DNA from: Elusimicrobiota bacterium
GTDB taxonomy: Bacteria > Elusimicrobiota > Endomicrobiia > Endomicrobiales > JBDRNC01
Length of the DNA: 27,178 nt
NCBI GenBank assembly: GCA_043811535.1
Contig: JBDRNC010000006.1
Location: 1-27,178 of the forward strand
Reading direction: 5' to 3'
Shown here in pieces: positions 24,523 through 27,178 of this stretch; the first letter of the stretch is position 1, and the number at the start of each line of letters is the position of its first letter. Made by a program: the position numbers and the translations under genes. The notes under the pieces are model-generated. The model did not search any database and was not told where the DNA came from. It saw only the letters and a list, made by a program, of their open reading frames with translations.

Positions 24523-25116
24523 GTGAAAAAAATAATCCTCGCTTCCGCTTCTCCGCGCAGGAAACAGCTGCTAAAACAGCTCGGGCTGAAGTACGTCCTG
24601 CATCCGAGCCATGTAAGCGAGCATACCGCGCATACCAGGCCGTCGTCGATTGTCATTGACCTGGCAAAACGAAAGGCCTTTGCCACGGCGAAGCTGTACA
24701 AGAAAGGCATAGTGATCGGGGCTGATACCATAGTTGTCCTGAACGGCAGGATAATCGGCAAGCCCAGGAATAAAAAAGATGCCGCGAGGATACTCGGTAT
24801 GCTCAGCGGCACGTTCCACAGGGTTTACACGGGTATTGCTGTTGTGGACGCGCGAAGCGGTAGAACGTCCGCGGCTTACGAGATGAGCAGGGTTAAGATG
24901 AGGAAGATTTCAAAAGATGAGCTGGGCAAATTATCCGCGAAACACCTGGATAAGGCGGGCGCATACGCCGTGCAGGAAACAGATGACGCCTTCGTTGAAA
25001 AGATTGAGGGGGATTACTTTAATGTGGTCGGCTTGCCGGTAAAATTGCTAGTCAGGTTATTAAAGAAATTTGGTGTAGATGTTTCTGCTTCCAGACTTGC
25101 TAAAATGAACAATTGA
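24523..25116 (+). CDS. maf: Maf/YhdE nucleoside triphosphate pyrophosphatase
   Basis: ILASASPRR, GADTIV, GKP, DKAGAY and NVVGLP. GTG start after AGGA. Confidence 0.95.
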   Translation: MKKIILASASPRRKQLLKQLGLKYVLHPSHVSEHTAHTRPSSIVIDLAKRKAFATAKLYKKGIVIGADTIVVLNGRIIGKPRNKKDAARILGMLSGTFHRVYTGIAVVDARSGRTSAAYEMSRVKMRKISKDELGKLSAKHLDKAGAYAVQETDDAFVEKIEGDYFNVVGLPVKLLVRLLKKFGVDVSASRLAKMNN

Positions 25117-25184
25117 GAAATTGCTTAATTGCTGGACGGCTAAATGGCTTTAACCATATAGCAATTTAGCCATTTAACAATTTA
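25111..25184. repeat. Octamer tandem-repeat hairpin between convergent genes (possible bidirectional terminator)
   Basis: aattgaga aattgctt aattgctg gacggcta aatggct / ttaaccat atagcaat ttagccat ttaacaat. Confidence 0.75.
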
Positions 25185-25895
25185 GCCGTTTTGTTTTCCT
25201 TCAATCTCATCCAGATAAACATTTATATTGCCCTGCAGGGTCTGGTTTATGCTCTTGAACCACTCGTTAAAGATAAGCCCGGTTTTATTCTGCCTGAGCT
25301 CGGTCATGAACTTGTCTTTATCCTTGTCAAAGTTTTTCATGTTGCCTTTTTTAGCTATGTAGTATTCCATCTGCAGTTCGGGCTCGGAAATTATGACCGA
25401 TGACGAGATGAACTGCCTGAGCTTGTAGAACGCGATTTCTTTTCTGCGGGATTCCTCGAACTCCTGCGGGGTTGTGTGCAGGACTTCGAAAAGCACCCTT
25501 ATGTACGCCTGCCTGCTGAATTGGCCGTTTTGCTGGAACGCGGGATACCTGCGCAGGTCGGCCAGGAGCTCCCCGTCCGCAACCGTAATTCCGTATTTCT
25601 TCGCTTCCTGCCAGAACACCTCTTCCTGTATAAGGTCCTGAAGCACTTCCTGCCTTTTCACGGCCATGACTTCATCTGTGACATCAACTTTATTTGACCG
25701 CATATTCTCAATGGTCCTGTTAAGGTATTTGATGTACGTGCGGTATGATATTTTTGTCCCGTTTATGACGGCTACGGTGTCGGAATCCCGTTTAGAAAAA
25801 GCATAACTGCCGAAACCTATGAATGACCCGGCTAAAAACGCTCCAAGAGTAATACCGAACAGCAAGCGCATGTTTTTGCGAAGAAATTCCATCAT
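25182..25895 (-). CDS. SurA N-terminal domain chaperone (PpiD-like, no PPIase domain)
   Basis: MMEFLRKN plus a TM anchor, VAVINGTKIS, AKKYGITVAD and PAFQQNGQF. GAGGAG RBS. Confidence 0.82.
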   Translation of the reverse strand: MMEFLRKNMRLLFGITLGAFLAGSFIGFGSYAFSKRDSDTVAVINGTKISYRTYIKYLNRTIENMRSNKVDVTDEVMAVKRQEVLQDLIQEEVFWQEAKKYGITVADGELLADLRRYPAFQQNGQFSRQAYIRVLFEVLHTTPQEFEESRRKEIAFYKLRQFISSSVIISEPELQMEYYIAKKGNMKNFDKDKDKFMTELRQNKTGLIFNEWFKSINQTLQGNINVYLDEIEGKQNG

Positions 25896-25934
25896 GTTGA
25901 ACTCCTCAAGTGTTGTTTTAAATTGCAGTACGTG

Positions 25935-25953
25935 ACCCCGCCGTTGGCGGGGG
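25935..25953. repeat. REP-like hairpin in the leader of the SurA-like gene
   Basis: CCCCGCC-GTT-GGCGGGG. Confidence 0.55.
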
Positions 25954-25977
25954 ACACAGGATAAAATTAACTCGTGT

Positions 25978-26018
25978 ATTATATATAAATTGCCGTTGAA
26001 AAGCAAATAAAGTATAAT
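25978..26018. promoter_or_regulatory. Overlapping divergent sigma70 promoters
   Basis: Plus strand: TTGCCG(25990)-17-TATAAT(26013). Minus strand: TTGCTT(26006)-17-TATAAT(25983). Confidence 0.65.
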
Positions 26019-26023
26019 AAGGC

Positions 26024-26095
26024 AAATGGCTTGATGGTTAAATGGCTAAATTGCTAAAAGATGTCAGCCATATAGCCATTTAGCCGTTTAGCCAT
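26024..26095. repeat. Octamer tandem-repeat hairpin
   Basis: aaatggct tgatggtt aaatggct aaattgct ... agccatat agccattt agccgttt agccat. Confidence 0.8.
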
Positions 26096-26109
26096 GTCTT
26101 TTACCTTTT

Positions 26110-26994
26110 ATGTTAACACTCATTATTAATTTATCTCTGAAGGTTTTCAGTTTTGTCGTTCTCGGCGCCGTACTGGGCTACGCGCTCAAGGATAAAGGCG
26201 AAGCCGTAATCAGGAAATTTATCTGGGTTGCAATGTATATCCTGATACCGGTTTTTGTGTTTATTTCGCTGTGGGCGATAGATGTTCCGTTAGGGAGCTC
26301 CGTACCGGTCGCGCTGGCGGCGTGTGTCGTGCTTGCGGCGGGGTTTGTTATCGCGCTGGTTTGGGCGAAAGCCAGAAATATCCATTTCAGGGAGCAATCC
26401 CTTCCCATTATTATCATGAATTCGGCGTATTTAGCCCTGCCGGTCAGCAAGTACGTGGGAGGGCAGGAAGGTTTCAACTACGCCTTGATATATAACGCGG
26501 TGATAACTTTGGTCAATTTTACTTTGGGAGTGGCCTCTGTCAGCAGGGGCGGCGCGCTGTCGGGAATAATGGACCTTCCTATAATATACGCCGTAGCGGC
26601 CGGGCTCGTTCTGAACTTCATATCTCTGCCGGTCCCGGGAATCGTCCTGCAGGCGAATGCCGCGTTATCTTTCATCGTGCTTCCGGCGATGCTTGTCCTG
26701 GTGGGCTATAAGGTCGCGGGGATAAGGGCGCGGTCCATTAAAGCGGCAGGGCTCGGTGTGGCGCTCAGAATGGGGGGAGGTTTTATTGTGGCGCTCGCGT
26801 GCGTCAAGATTTTCGGGTTGACCGGAACGGCGGCGCTGATATGCCTGATGTCTTCCTCCATGCCGTCCGCCGTTAATAACTATATCTTTGCCGAATATTT
26901 TAAGCTGGATAAGGATTTTGCCGCCGCCACCGTGGTGATGGGCACGGCCGCATCGTTTGCCGTCATCCCCGCCATATATCTTTTGTTTAAATAA
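26110..26994 (+). CDS. AEC (auxin efflux carrier) family transporter
   Basis: About 10 TMs, with MNSAYLALP and SSMPSAVN motifs. Confidence 0.88.
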   Translation: MLTLIINLSLKVFSFVVLGAVLGYALKDKGEAVIRKFIWVAMYILIPVFVFISLWAIDVPLGSSVPVALAACVVLAAGFVIALVWAKARNIHFREQSLPIIIMNSAYLALPVSKYVGGQEGFNYALIYNAVITLVNFTLGVASVSRGGALSGIMDLPIIYAVAAGLVLNFISLPVPGIVLQANAALSFIVLPAMLVLVGYKVAGIRARSIKAAGLGVALRMGGGFIVALACVKIFGLTGTAALICLMSSSMPSAVNNYIFAEYFKLDKDFAAATVVMGTAASFAVIPAIYLLFK

Positions 26995-27008
26995 AAAAAC
27001 CGCAAATA

Positions 27009-27046
27009 AGGGGACGGTTCTATTTAATTATTTAATTAAATAGAAC
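27009..27046. repeat. REP-like palindrome truncated by IS3
   Basis: GTTCTATTTAATTA-TT-TAATTAAATAGAAC (27017-27046). The outer arm GGGGACG has no partner inside the window. Confidence 0.65.
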
Positions 27047-27178
27047 TGGAGTTACCCCGCTTTTGTGGACACAGAAGCAGGTAATTTCGACTCGTATTGC
27101 GTAGGGCTTAGATAGCCCAACGTCGAGTGCAGCCTTTTACGATTGTAAAATATTTCTATGTATTCAAACAACTGTGAT
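27047..27178 (-). mobile_element. IS3-family insertion sequence, right end
   Basis: Terminus TGGAGTTACCCCGCTTTTGTGGACA begins with TG as IS3 IRs do, and the transposase C-terminus runs into it. Confidence 0.88.
27052..27177 (-). CDS. IS3-family transposase OrfB, C-terminal fragment
   Basis: Manual translation gives [41 protein letters not shown]. Confidence 0.92.
   Translation of the reverse strand, partial: SQLFEYIEIFYNRKRLHSTLGYLSPTQYESKLPASVSTKAG

Overview
A 27 kb stretch of a diderm bacterial chromosome, cut at both ends by insertion sequences. The left edge holds the 3' end and right-end hairpin of an IS200/IS605 tnpA; the right edge holds the 3' end and IRR of an IS3-family element. 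Most genes are housekeeping or envelope genes: a 3xREC-GGDEF diguanylate cyclase, uvrA, a reordered pal-cpoB-tolA-tolB cluster, a large TPR protein with a beta-barrel partner, HEAT, PHP and GT39 proteins, argF, a gamma-carbonic anhydrase, an EndoIII-like glycosylase, GAF-HD-GYP, an AmmeMemoRadiSam radical SAM enzyme, DUF4321, maf, a SurA-like protein and an AEC transporter. A small island carries an AT-rich HEPN/DUF5677-like gene and a Bro-N gene. The most unusual content is non-coding. (1) Seven copies plus one variant of a 41-44 bp micro-element (CGACC-N18-20-GAAG-hairpin) appear to insert without target duplication into other repeats and into each other. (2) A sister family (TGA..WCC-N24-28-GAAA-hairpin) has exchangeable, covarying hairpins. 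(3) Heptamer/octamer tandem arrays fill many intergenic gaps, some as empty hairpins and one enclosing a foreign gene. (4) A 142-143 bp MITE is present twice, each copy with a 5-bp TSD. There is also a probable ATC start codon and a probable leaderless argF. All alignments were done by eye and family names come from motif recognition, not database searches.
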